A DNA stretch of 64,000 bases from a virus. The stretch is from positions 1 to 64,000 of IMG/VR virus record IMGVR_UViG_3300020472_000012. One strand, written 5' to 3'. Below the pieces are notes generated by a model. That model ran no database searches. It was not told the DNA's origin and saw only the letters and a list, made by a program, of their open reading frames with translations. Made by a program: the position numbers and the translations under genes. Below are positions 41,516-51,348 of the stretch, piece by piece (position 1 is the first letter of the stretch; each line of letters begins with the position of its first letter).

Positions 41516-42178
41516 ATGCCATCTTTTTTACGAGAACCCTTAGTTATTATAGAAGACGCACTTTCAGTTGATGTGTGTGAAGAACTAAAGTATATTGGAA
41601 CCCATTCAGAAAACCAGTATGGACAAATTGGTGATGGTGGTGAACATGTTGATATACGAAAATCTGGGGTTTCGTGGTTACCTAGAGATATGAAAATAGG
41701 TGATGGTAGGGAACTACAGAAAGATATCATTTGGCCGATGATAGTTAAAACTAATGAAGAATGGTTTGGGTTTGATTTAAACTACCATGAAGCAAGTCAA
41801 TTCACTACTTACAAAGCACCAGATGAACACTATAACTGGCATGCAGATGGTGGGCCAGACTTATATCAGAATATAAGTGAAGAAGAACCACTATTTACAA
41901 ACGATGAACTTCAAGTGGGTACATATCGTAAACTATCATATGTTATACAATTATGTCATCCAGATGAATATGATGGTGGGAAATTCCAATATATAGACCC
42001 TACAAGGAATATTGCACAGACAGATTGGGGTTTAATTGAAGAGACGATACCATTTAGAGCAATGGAACAAGGAAGTGCAATCTTTTTTAGTTCTATATTA
42101 CATCATAGAGTTATGCCTGTTACCAAAGGTATAAGACATTCACTAGTAGGTTGGGTATGCGGGCCACCATTCAAATAG
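41516..42178 (+). CDS. 2OG-Fe(II) oxygenase (P4H/PKHD-like)
   Basis: YNWHAD; RKLS; EYDGG; HHRVMPVTKGIRHSLVGW. Confidence 0.9.
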   Translation: MPSFLREPLVIIEDALSVDVCEELKYIGTHSENQYGQIGDGGEHVDIRKSGVSWLPRDMKIGDGRELQKDIIWPMIVKTNEEWFGFDLNYHEASQFTTYKAPDEHYNWHADGGPDLYQNISEEEPLFTNDELQVGTYRKLSYVIQLCHPDEYDGGKFQYIDPTRNIAQTDWGLIEETIPFRAMEQGSAIFFSSILHHRVMPVTKGIRHSLVGWVCGPPFK

Positions 42179-43578
42179 ACAAAATTGATGAAACTCATAT
42201 AAGAGTTACATCAGACGAGTCAGTTCAAAGAGAAATTTCAGAATATTTTACATTTCCAGTGCCGGGGGCAAAGTTTATGCCTTCTGTTAGGAACAGGTAT
42301 TGGGATGGTAATATTCGTTTATACAATAATGAGAAACTATATACAGGATTGTATTATGCATTATATCAATTTGCTAAGGATAGGGAATATGACATTGAAG
42401 GATATAATTGGGAAACTGATGTTCAAGAAGCGGGATTTATTGAAAACTTACAACTACCCTTCGAGGTTCGAGATTATCAAAGTGAAGCTATATCGCATGC
42501 TATTAAGTACAGACGCTCTCTTTTGGTGTCACCTACTGCTAGCGGTAAGTCTCTTATTATCTATTGCATCGCACGACATTTCTTAAAAGTTCACAAGAAA
42601 CCAGTATTAGTTATAGTACCCACAACCTCTCTGGTAGAACAGATGGCAACTGATTTCGAGGGATATGGGTATAATAAACCTATCGATAAAATGTATGGTG
42701 GTAATAAGGTAGGTGATACTGAGATAGTAGTTACTACTTGGCAGACCCTTAGCAGGATGCCTAGGGCCTTCTACAGCCATTTTGGATGTGTGTTTGGTGA
42801 TGAGGCACATTTATTCAAAGCAAAGGTACTTACAGGTATCTTAGAGAAGATGAAAGACATCACACATAGATATGGAACAACAGGTACATTAGATGATTCA
42901 CAAACACATAAACTCGTTCTTGAAGGACTATTCGGGCCCACTCGTTATGTTACTACTTCTAGTGACCTTATCGATGATGGAGTTCTTGCAGACTTAAATG
43001 TCCAATGTTTGGTACTTCAATACCCAAAAACTACATCCAAAGAGGTAGTTCAGATGGATTATCAACGAGAAATGGAATTTTTGGTAGATAATAACAAAAG
43101 AAATCGTTTTATTCGTAATTTAGTACAAGATAGGGGTGGCAATACCCTTATTCTCTTCCAATATGTAGAAAAACATGGAAAGGGGTTATATAATGACTTC
43201 CTACAACTAGGTGGTAACTTATTCTTCATATATGGTAAGACTGACACTATTGCACGAGAAGAGGCCAGAGCAATAGTAGAGAAGTCAGATAATGCCATTA
43301 TTATTGCATCATATGGTACTTTCTCTACTGGAATTAATATAGAAAACCTAGATAATATAGTATTTGCAAGTCCTTCTAAGTCAAAAATAAGGATTTTACA
43401 GTCAATTGGAAGAGTTTTAAGGAAAGGAAAGACTGGAAAAGCAACTGTATATGATATTGCAGACGATTTATCTTTTGGAAAAAAAGAAAATTATACTCTA
43501 AAACACTTTAAAGAAAGGATAAATACTTACAATAGGGAGAAATTCCCATACACAATACACAACATTAAATTCAAATGA
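42157..43578 (+). CDS. uvsW: UvsW helicase
   Basis: SPTASGKS; DEAH; TGT; QSIGRVLR. Confidence 0.95.
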   Translation: MRATIQIDKIDETHIRVTSDESVQREISEYFTFPVPGAKFMPSVRNRYWDGNIRLYNNEKLYTGLYYALYQFAKDREYDIEGYNWETDVQEAGFIENLQLPFEVRDYQSEAISHAIKYRRSLLVSPTASGKSLIIYCIARHFLKVHKKPVLVIVPTTSLVEQMATDFEGYGYNKPIDKMYGGNKVGDTEIVVTTWQTLSRMPRAFYSHFGCVFGDEAHLFKAKVLTGILEKMKDITHRYGTTGTLDDSQTHKLVLEGLFGPTRYVTTSSDLIDDGVLADLNVQCLVLQYPKTTSKEVVQMDYQREMEFLVDNNKRNRFIRNLVQDRGGNTLILFQYVEKHGKGLYNDFLQLGGNLFFIYGKTDTIAREEARAIVEKSDNAIIIASYGTFSTGINIENLDNIVFASPSKSKIRILQSIGRVLRKGKTGKATVYDIADDLSFGKKENYTLKHFKERINTYNREKFPYTIHNIKFK

Positions 43579-44045
43579 ATTACAAATATCTAAGATTAAA
43601 CACTGGTGAACACATCATTTCTGTTGTGGAACCAATTAAAGCAAACCAAGAGGTGAAGTTAATCATGCCTATGATTGCAGATATTGTTCCTTCCATGTTA
43701 GGACAAGGAACAATAATGAAACTATCACCTTTAATACCATATACAAGTGAAGACCACATTATAATGAGACTGACAGACATATCCTACTTTAGTAGTATTA
43801 CACAACAATTTGTGGATTTTTATAAGAAAGGGGTAGATGACTGGGTACAGATACGAGACCATGTGGGTCTACAGGTAAGAACACCAAAGGAAGAACTTGC
43901 AGAAGGAAAGGCATTTCGCAGACTTATGGAACAACAAGTCAAACAATATGTCGATAACGAACTAGGGGATGTCCAGTTTGATATAGAAGAAGAACTGCAA
44001 GATATGATAATAGATGATGAAGACAATAAAAGGACTATTCATTAA
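43575..44045 (+). CDS. Conserved Sm-like-fold protein downstream of uvsW
   Basis: YLRLNTGEHII...P...L.P.IPY; synteny between uvsW and gp55. Confidence 0.6.
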   Translation: MNYKYLRLNTGEHIISVVEPIKANQEVKLIMPMIADIVPSMLGQGTIMKLSPLIPYTSEDHIIMRLTDISYFSSITQQFVDFYKKGVDDWVQIRDHVGLQVRTPKEELAEGKAFRRLMEQQVKQYVDNELGDVQFDIEEELQDMIIDDEDNKRTIH

Positions 44046-44088
44046 CATCCCTTTATAGTAATATATCCTTCCCTTTGGGACACAATTT

Positions 44089-44117
44089 ATTTTATCATCG
44101 AACTTAAAAGCTGTCAA
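44089..44117 (-). promoter_or_regulatory. Antisense sigma70-like promoter
   Basis: Reverse strand TTGACA-N17-TAAAAT. Confidence 0.5.
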
Positions 44118-44150
44118 GTCTTTTTTTCTACTATTAGATGAAAATAACTA

Positions 44151-44178
44151 TTGACAGATATGCATTATGGAGTATAAT
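44151..44178 (+). promoter_or_regulatory. Sigma70-like promoter, 16-bp spacer
   Basis: TTGACA-N16-TATAAT upstream of gp55. Confidence 0.8.
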
Positions 44179-44186
44179 AGATACAT

Positions 44187-44741
44187 ATGGCACAAAAAGC
44201 AAAACCAGAACACTATGTAAATAACAAAGAGTTCACAGCAGCGATTACAGAACATAACCTTGCAGTTAGGAAAGCAGTCAAAGATGGAAAGGAACCACCT
44301 AGAGTTTCCGAGTATATTGGTGAGTGCATTTATAAAATTGCAACAAGGTTATCGACTAAACCAAATTTTATCAACTATTCTTATAGGGATGAAATGATTT
44401 GTGATGGAATTGAAAACTGTTTACAATATATAAACAACTTCAACCCAGAGAAATCTCAAAATGCGTTCGCATATATCACACAAATTATTTACTATGCATT
44501 CCTAAGAAGAATCCAGAAAGAAAAGAAACAGTCTGCAATTAAACAGAAGGCAATTATGAATTCTGGAATATTAACAGACATGGTAGACACTATGGATGGT
44601 GACACCAATCAGTATTCAAATTCGTATGTTGAGTTTTTACAAGACAATATGAATGAAATAACCTATAAACCTAGAGGTAAAAAGAAAAAAACCCAATCTA
44701 ATAAAGGCGTTGAAAACTTTTATCAGTCCACAAAAAAATAA
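44187..44741 (+). CDS. gp55: Late sigma factor gp55
   Basis: HYVNNKEF; YIGEC..KIA; MICDGIENC; FAYITQI.YYAFLRRIQKEK. Confidence 0.96.
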   Translation: MAQKAKPEHYVNNKEFTAAITEHNLAVRKAVKDGKEPPRVSEYIGECIYKIATRLSTKPNFINYSYRDEMICDGIENCLQYINNFNPEKSQNAFAYITQIIYYAFLRRIQKEKKQSAIKQKAIMNSGILTDMVDTMDGDTNQYSNSYVEFLQDNMNEITYKPRGKKKKTQSNKGVENFYQSTKK

Positions 44742-45802
44742 TGAAGTTTGCTATTCTTAACGACACACATTGTGGTGTTCGTAACGATAACATACAATTT
44801 CACGAACTACAAAGAAAGTTTTATGAAGATGTATTTTTCCCTTATCTGTTAGAACACGACATCAAACATATAGTTCATCTTGGTGATTACTTTGACAAGA
44901 GAACTGGTATTAATTTCTTATCATTACAGAAAAACAAAGAACACTTTGTTGACCATCTTGATGAGTATGGTATTACTATGGATTTAATTCTTGGTAATCA
45001 TGACTTGTATTATAAGAATACATCCGAAGTCAATTCACCACAAGCACTATTAAACCATCCTAATATAAAAATCTATGGTGATGTAATTACTAAAGATTAT
45101 GATGGGTGTAAAGTATGTTTAGTGCCTTGGATTCATAGAACAAACATCGATGACACAGTAGAACACCTAGACACAACCAATGCTACTATTGCAATGGGTC
45201 ATCTAGAAATCGAAGGTGCAATGATGATGCCAGGCTATTATTCAACTCATGGTTTGAGTCTGGATACCTTCAAAAGATTTGATAAAGTTTATAGTGGACA
45301 TTTCCACACCAAATCAGAAATGAACAACCTAAGATATTTGGGTTCTCAAATGGAATTCACTTGGTCAGATTATGGAGATAAAAAATATTTTCATATATTT
45401 GATACAGAAACAAGAGAGGTACTTCCAGTTGCAAACCCTATTAGGATGTTTGAAAAAGTATTCTATGATGATTCCAAAGAAACAATGGAGTCAATTCAAG
45501 AAAAAGATTTCTCACATTTAAAAGATATGTTTGTCAAAGTGGTTGTTATGAGTAAAGACCAACCATATTGGTTTGACATGTTTATTGAAAAGATTACAAA
45601 AGCAGATGTAATCGACTTTAAAGTTGTAGAAGACCACGGCAACCTCGATATGATGGATGACGATGATGCACTATCAGATGCAGAAGATACACTTACAATT
45701 TTAACTAAACATATAGAAGGGATGGAAATCTCTGGAGAAAAATCTAAACTAGAACATTTGATGAGGTCTCTTTATTCAGAGGCTCTGGATGTTAATATTT
45801 GA
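44741..45802 (+). CDS. gp47: Recombination nuclease gp47 (SbcD/Mre11-like)
   Basis: DTH.G; LGD.FD; GNHD; SGHFH. Confidence 0.95.
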   Translation: MKFAILNDTHCGVRNDNIQFHELQRKFYEDVFFPYLLEHDIKHIVHLGDYFDKRTGINFLSLQKNKEHFVDHLDEYGITMDLILGNHDLYYKNTSEVNSPQALLNHPNIKIYGDVITKDYDGCKVCLVPWIHRTNIDDTVEHLDTTNATIAMGHLEIEGAMMMPGYYSTHGLSLDTFKRFDKVYSGHFHTKSEMNNLRYLGSQMEFTWSDYGDKKYFHIFDTETREVLPVANPIRMFEKVFYDDSKETMESIQEKDFSHLKDMFVKVVVMSKDQPYWFDMFIEKITKADVIDFKVVEDHGNLDMMDDDDALSDAEDTLTILTKHIEGMEISGEKSKLEHLMRSLYSEALDVNI

Positions 45803-46035
45803 AACGAGTAATATATAATATGAATGGAATAGTATACAGTGGTTCCTATACATGTGAAGGACATACAGTACATTTTAGAATCTTAGAAGATGATGTAGTA
45901 GACATCACTGAGGTAACTCAAATGCACAGTGCTCCAATAGGTAGAACATACACATCAACAAAAACAGTTGAATTAGATGAAGCAATCAAGATACAATCTG
46001 AATTTATAAAGTTGGGATATGATAAGATTTCATAG
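45799..46035 (+). CDS. Hypothetical protein
   Basis: Overlaps the gp47 stop and gp46 start. Confidence 0.55.
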   Translation: MKRVIYNMNGIVYSGSYTCEGHTVHFRILEDDVVDITEVTQMHSAPIGRTYTSTKTVELDEAIKIQSEFIKLGYDKIS

Positions 46036-47731
46036 TGTAAAGTACAAAAACTTTCTTTCCACAGGCAACAAATTTACAGAAGTTTTTCTAGACAAAAGAA
46101 AAGCCTGTCTAGTTGTGGGTGAGAATGGAAGTGGTAAATCTACAATGTTAGATGCATTATGCTTTGGACTATTTGGAAAAGGATTTAGAAAAGTTTCAAA
46201 AAACATGTTAGTTAATACTATTAATGGTAGGCACATGGTAGTTGAGATTGAATTCTCAGTTGGACAGAAGAGATACAAAGTTGTTCGTGGTGCAAAACCA
46301 AATATCTTTGAAGTGTATCTACATGGTAAGTTACTTAATCAAGATGCAAACATGAGAGACTATCAAGAGTATCTCGAAAAACAAATTCTAAAATTAAACT
46401 ACAAGGCATTTACTCAAGTAGTAATACTTGGTAGTTCAACCTTTACACCTTTCATGCAAATGGGTACTAATGATAGACGAGGTATTATTGAGGATATACT
46501 TGATATCAACATATTCTCTATTATGAATGATATCTTAAAGATTAGACAAGGTGCAATGAAGACTGAGTTACAAGAGATTGAATATGATATTAAATTATCA
46601 CAAGATAGAATTGATACATACAAAGGTCATATTAAAGCATTAGGTGAAAATCGTAGACAAAAGGTTGCAGACTTTAGAGATAGTATTGCAAATTCTGAAT
46701 CCCATGTAGAAGACCTACAAGTAGAAATAGATTCTTTTTTACAAGAAGTAGAAGATAATCTAAACCCTAAGATAAAAGATTTTGAAAAGTTAAAAGATAG
46801 ACTACAACATACAGTAGAAATTGAAAGGAAACTACACGATGCATTTACTAAAGGTGAGGAACAACTAGACTTTTATGAGCATACAAAGACTTGTCCCACA
46901 TGTAAACATGACTTGGAAGACGACTTCAAGGAAAAGAAACTCGAAGAGATTGCAGGCACGAACACAGAAATCACGAGGGGAATCAAAGAACTCGAACAGA
47001 AGGTTGCATCACTCGAAAAACAACTCGAAGATATCCAAGAGGTGCAAGAACAAATCAATGATATCAACAGAAAGGTATCTAAGAAACAGAATGAGATTAG
47101 TGCATCGCAACAATATATCACGAAAATCAACAAAGAGATTGATAAACTTGTATCAGAAAAACAGTCTGATGATTCCAAGAAGTTGGGAATAGAAACAAAA
47201 GCTTTAAAGAAACACGACACTAGAAAAGAAGAACTTGTAGATAAGAGACATTATTATGACCTTGCAGCTTTCTTATTGAAGGATAGTGGTATTAAGACCA
47301 AAATTGTTAAACAATATCTTCCAGTAATGAATAAGTTGATTAATAAATATCTTGCTTCAATGGACTTCTTTGTTCAGTTTGAGTTAGATGAGAACTTTAA
47401 TGAGAATATAAAGTCTAGATATAGAGACGATTTTTCTTATGCAAACTTTAGTGAAGGGGAGAAAATGAGAATTGACCTTGCATTGTTATTCACTTGGAGA
47501 GCAATTGCAAAGTTAAAGAATAGTGTGAATACAAACCTATTGATGTTAGATGAAGTCTTTGACAGTTCACTGGATGAGGGTGGTACTGATGAGTTCATGA
47601 AAATACTAACAACATTAGGAAACGATACCAATGTCTTTATTATTTCACACAAAGGGGACATTCTAAATGAGAAGTTTAGACATGTCATGAAATTTGAGAA
47701 GGTTAAAAACTTTAGTAGGATAGCAGAATAA
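46019..47731 (+). CDS. gp46: Recombination ATPase gp46 (SbcC/Rad50-like)
   Basis: GENGSGKS; CPTC hook; FSEGEK; LDEVFD; ISH. Confidence 0.96.
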   Translation: MIRFHSVKYKNFLSTGNKFTEVFLDKRKACLVVGENGSGKSTMLDALCFGLFGKGFRKVSKNMLVNTINGRHMVVEIEFSVGQKRYKVVRGAKPNIFEVYLHGKLLNQDANMRDYQEYLEKQILKLNYKAFTQVVILGSSTFTPFMQMGTNDRRGIIEDILDINIFSIMNDILKIRQGAMKTELQEIEYDIKLSQDRIDTYKGHIKALGENRRQKVADFRDSIANSESHVEDLQVEIDSFLQEVEDNLNPKIKDFEKLKDRLQHTVEIERKLHDAFTKGEEQLDFYEHTKTCPTCKHDLEDDFKEKKLEEIAGTNTEITRGIKELEQKVASLEKQLEDIQEVQEQINDINRKVSKKQNEISASQQYITKINKEIDKLVSEKQSDDSKKLGIETKALKKHDTRKEELVDKRHYYDLAAFLLKDSGIKTKIVKQYLPVMNKLINKYLASMDFFVQFELDENFNENIKSRYRDDFSYANFSEGEKMRIDLALLFTWRAIAKLKNSVNTNLLMLDEVFDSSLDEGGTDEFMKILTTLGNDTNVFIISHKGDILNEKFRHVMKFEKVKNFSRIAE

Positions 47732-48675
47732 TGGGTGAACTTTGGGATGTAGGAAAGAGTACCAAGAAGGGAATTATTCTTAATAGTCATGCAAGAACTG
47801 GATTGTATAAGTCATGGCAAATAATTGTGGATAATTATATTAAACAAGATAAATCATGGAATGATTATAGAAAATCTAGTGGTCTTTCTCAAGACCCTAG
47901 GCCTTGGCAAGGATATAAGGATGCAGTTGAAGAACAAATAATTTCAGTAATGTCAACTGGAGAGGGTGTAGAGGATTCACCATATTTTAAACATATAAGA
48001 AATCCAATAGAACCATTTGTTGGAATTGCATTAGATGTGTATGGAATGCCACATCCATTTGGTGGAGACTCAGAAAAGATATACAAAGAGTTAATGTTTG
48101 TAAGAAACGAACTTAATGAACTACCACCTTTTGGTGTCTTTGGTGCATGGAATGAATGGAGAACAGATTTATTACATTGGAAAACTTTAAAGAAGATGGG
48201 GTATAAGATAGTTAATCTTCATAGAAGAGAACTTAAAGATTGGTTTATATCATGTACCATTGCTATGATTGGTGGTGCAGAGGTAAACAAAAATGGTTTT
48301 CATGCATGGAACAAAGAGAGTGCAGACTACATACTAGGGGTTAGAAAGAAACTAAAAGGTAATCTTGAAATTTCTAAAACACAAGTATTACTCTTCCTAG
48401 AGTCTGTTAATCGATATCTTCAAGCATCACAAGAAATATGTACAGATGCATATTGTGTTTACGAATCATTAGAGGATGCTCCAGAAGTATTCATGAAGGA
48501 ATGTGAATTAGATTTAACTCAAGACCAATGCAAAGATTGGTTTACTGAGATAGTTCCACATCCAGTAGAAGATATGAAAGAGTATATTAAGGATGAAGGT
48601 GCATTTGAAGATATGTGGAATAAATTACAAACAACAGATTTTAAGGAAGAATATAAAATTGATATAGTACAATGA
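47731..48675 (+). CDS. Divergent sulfotransferase-fold protein
   Basis: IILNSHARTG (5'-PS-loop-like); KIVNLHRR...WFIS (3'-phosphate-like); VYESL. Confidence 0.5.
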   Translation: MGELWDVGKSTKKGIILNSHARTGLYKSWQIIVDNYIKQDKSWNDYRKSSGLSQDPRPWQGYKDAVEEQIISVMSTGEGVEDSPYFKHIRNPIEPFVGIALDVYGMPHPFGGDSEKIYKELMFVRNELNELPPFGVFGAWNEWRTDLLHWKTLKKMGYKIVNLHRRELKDWFISCTIAMIGGAEVNKNGFHAWNKESADYILGVRKKLKGNLEISKTQVLLFLESVNRYLQASQEICTDAYCVYESLEDAPEVFMKECELDLTQDQCKDWFTEIVPHPVEDMKEYIKDEGAFEDMWNKLQTTDFKEEYKIDIVQ

Positions 48676-49334
48676 TAGAACCAAAACGCATAGATTTTAT
48701 TGATTCAGAAGGTATATTACTATATGAGAATGTAGTTTCTAATGACCAGTTGTTTGATTGGTTTAATAAGATGAATAGTCATGCATACTTTAGACAATGT
48801 GCATCTTCTGAAAAGACAACAGATGGTAAAGTTATTGAACAAGCAAAAGCATGGCAAGCCAACTTTAATAAACCAGATGTTATAGAACAGATAAATGCAG
48901 ACCCAAATATAAGTTCTAAGATTTCAGATGTAGATAATCAATCACCATTAGGATTTGACTTAATGGAAGAGATTTGGAATACTATTAATGACCAGTGTGG
49001 GTTTCATCATTTAGAACCAATACAACAATACATAAATGCATTTAATCATGGTGATAATACATGGGGTCATACTGATTGGTATGATTATACAATAATAGTT
49101 TATATCAATCCAGAATGGGATAACCAAATAATGGGTGGAGAAACTTTGTTCTTTGATGACGACTATCAGTTCATTAGATGTGCAGTTGCATGTACGCCAG
49201 GAAATGTAGTATGTTTTAAAGGACAAATACCACATAAAGGTGGTTTAGTGTCAAGAGATACTACTGTAGCAAGATACTCAGTGGTATTTCAATGTAAAGA
49301 GTTTGGTAGTGAAACAGGTCTAGAGGGAAAATGA
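48672..49334 (+). CDS. 2OG-Fe(II) oxygenase
   Basis: HTD; YINPEW...GGETLF; IPHKG; RYSVVF. Confidence 0.88.
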   Translation: MIEPKRIDFIDSEGILLYENVVSNDQLFDWFNKMNSHAYFRQCASSEKTTDGKVIEQAKAWQANFNKPDVIEQINADPNISSKISDVDNQSPLGFDLMEEIWNTINDQCGFHHLEPIQQYINAFNHGDNTWGHTDWYDYTIIVYINPEWDNQIMGGETLFFDDDYQFIRCAVACTPGNVVCFKGQIPHKGGLVSRDTTVARYSVVFQCKEFGSETGLEGK

Positions 49335-49948
49335 AATTAGTAGCAAAAAATGAAAAAGTCCTTAGAGAAAAGGCAAAAGTATACGACTTTGAGAATCCAC
49401 CTATGGATACAATGGAACTCAAAGATAAGTTAATCAATACCATGATGGAAGAAAATGGTATAGGGTTGGCTGCACCACAAGTTGGTGTTCCTTACAGAGT
49501 GTTCGTGATGAGAGGTAAGGATAAGGACGAGTGCATGTTTATTGCAAACCCAGAGATAATAGAGTTCTCTGAGGAAACTGTTGTGATAGAAGAAGGATGC
49601 CTCACTGGTGGACTGGAAGGTATTTTCTGTCACTTAACTCGTCCTGCAGCCATAACTGCTAGGTGGCAAAATGAAGATGGTGATGTTAGAGAACTAATGT
49701 TTGATGGTTATAGTGCAAGATGTTTTCAACATGAACTTGACCATTTAGATGGTGTTCTCTTTATTGACCACGCAAGTCAAATAAAATTAGAAAGAGCAGT
49801 TAAGAAAAAGAATAAAAGAATTAAACAATATGAACGATTCAAAAAACAAATTAGGGAACTTGAATCCAGAGGTTATTTTAATACACAGTTGTCTGACTCC
49901 GAAGGAGTGCAACCTACTGATAAAGTACCACAAAGCAAATCAGAATAA
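49331..49948 (+). CDS. def: Peptide deformylase
   Basis: GIGLAAPQVG; EGCL; QHELDHLDG. Confidence 0.95.
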   Translation: MKLVAKNEKVLREKAKVYDFENPPMDTMELKDKLINTMMEENGIGLAAPQVGVPYRVFVMRGKDKDECMFIANPEIIEFSEETVVIEEGCLTGGLEGIFCHLTRPAAITARWQNEDGDVRELMFDGYSARCFQHELDHLDGVLFIDHASQIKLERAVKKKNKRIKQYERFKKQIRELESRGYFNTQLSDSEGVQPTDKVPQSKSE

Positions 49949-50534
49949 AGTAACACATTCAGACCCTACAACTGTATATAATGGCAGAAGAATACCTTAT
50001 GAGTTTATAAATAACTTAGAGGTTAAAAGAACAATTGCAAAATATCAATACGATGTTGTTGCAAAAGTCTGGTCTCATTTCAATAAAAGTTGTTATCCAG
50101 AACAGACTGAAATCATGAGGTGGCCGATAGGTGTTCCACAGGAAACACATATTGACACTATGGGTTCAGATAAAGAAGATGAAATGTGTATAATCCCATT
50201 TACAGATTATGCATCCATCCTTTATTTGAACGATGACTTTGACGATGGGTTAACCATATTCGAGGGCGGGTACGAAATAAAACCCAAACAAGGAATGGTT
50301 GCCATTTTTGAAGGAATGAAGTATTGGCATGAGGTAAGTGCATGTAAAGGTAAAGACCGATACACCTTACCATGTTGGTACACTACAGAATGGAGAAACA
50401 TGGAACTTCAATCTCAAGGTGGTGAAGGAAGAGCGGGACTCTATAGAGGAACCCTTCCAGCATCTGGAGATAGTGAGAAGGACATGGAAACTCTTCGTCA
50501 TTGGTGGAAAGAGACCTACTTTCCACAAAGTTAG
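49830..50534 (+). CDS. 2OG-Fe(II) oxygenase (P4H-like)
   Basis: LTPKEC; HID; ILYLNDDF; WHEV; RYTL..W. Confidence 0.88.
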   Translation: MNDSKNKLGNLNPEVILIHSCLTPKECNLLIKYHKANQNKVTHSDPTTVYNGRRIPYEFINNLEVKRTIAKYQYDVVAKVWSHFNKSCYPEQTEIMRWPIGVPQETHIDTMGSDKEDEMCIIPFTDYASILYLNDDFDDGLTIFEGGYEIKPKQGMVAIFEGMKYWHEVSACKGKDRYTLPCWYTTEWRNMELQSQGGEGRAGLYRGTLPASGDSEKDMETLRHWWKETYFPQS

Positions 50535-50562
50535 TAACTAATTAGGTCATGGAGAAACTTTT

Positions 50563-51168
50563 ATGAGAAAGTTATTATTAATACTATTAATGAGTATGAC
50601 ACCATTCGTTTGGAGTGATGTTAGTGGCTCAGTTGGTATAAGTTCCGACTACATTTGGAGAGGTGTATCACAATCAGCTGGTAATCCCTCATACAACCTA
50701 AATCTTGAAGCAAATTCAAAAGGATTTTATGGTGGAGTATGGGCTGGACAAGTTGATTTTGATAACGAAGCCGATTGGGAATACGATTTATATGGTGGAT
50801 ATGCAATAGCATTATCTGAAAATATAAATGTAGATGTTGGATTTGTACAATACCGATATGATGAAGTTATCGACACATCAGAAGAAATCTATGTGAAAGC
50901 AACTGTAGGTGATTTTGGTATTAAATATTTTAGAGATACAGAAGACAGTGGGAACCAATTTATTGTTGGAACCTACGATGCTTGGTTTGTACCAGTAGTT
51001 GATGTAAATCTAGAATATGGTAGGATAGACAGTAACAACGATTACAAAGCATTAAACATAACATATTTGTTTAATAACAATGTATCAGTTGGGGCTCATG
51101 TTTTATCAAGTGCATTCAGAGGTGAAGCATTAGATAACATATCTGTATCATTAGGTTATAACTTTTAA
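50563..51168 (+). CDS. Outer-membrane beta-barrel, TorF/TIGR02001-like porin
   Basis: Signal peptide; SDYIWRGVSQ; GFYGGVW; EYDLYGGY; C-terminal LGYNF. Confidence 0.85.
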   Translation: MRKLLLILLMSMTPFVWSDVSGSVGISSDYIWRGVSQSAGNPSYNLNLEANSKGFYGGVWAGQVDFDNEADWEYDLYGGYAIALSENINVDVGFVQYRYDEVIDTSEEIYVKATVGDFGIKYFRDTEDSGNQFIVGTYDAWFVPVVDVNLEYGRIDSNNDYKALNITYLFNNNVSVGAHVLSSAFRGEALDNISVSLGYNF

Positions 51169-51185
51169 TTAAGTAATTACATGGA

Positions 51186-51216
51186 GTGTGGGGATGAAAG
51201 TCCCCGCACCACTTTT
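51186..51216 (+). terminator. GNRA hairpin terminator
   Basis: GTGTGGGGAT-GAAA-GTCCCCGCAC followed by CACTTTT. Confidence 0.65.
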
Positions 51217-51348
51217 ATGGAAACATTCTGGTTTATAATAGAAATGCCTTTTCTATTCTTTAAGTGGGGACTAATTTTCTCAGCGTGGGTAACGCTTTTA
51301 TGGATGATTGGGAACATTTGGGAAAATAGAAAGGATGATATATCTTAA
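51217..51348 (+). CDS. 43-aa membrane microprotein (not in ORF track)
   Basis: METFWFIIEMPFLFFKWGLIFSAWVTLLWMIGNIWENRKDDIS. Confidence 0.5.
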   Translation: METFWFIIEMPFLFFKWGLIFSAWVTLLWMIGNIWENRKDDIS

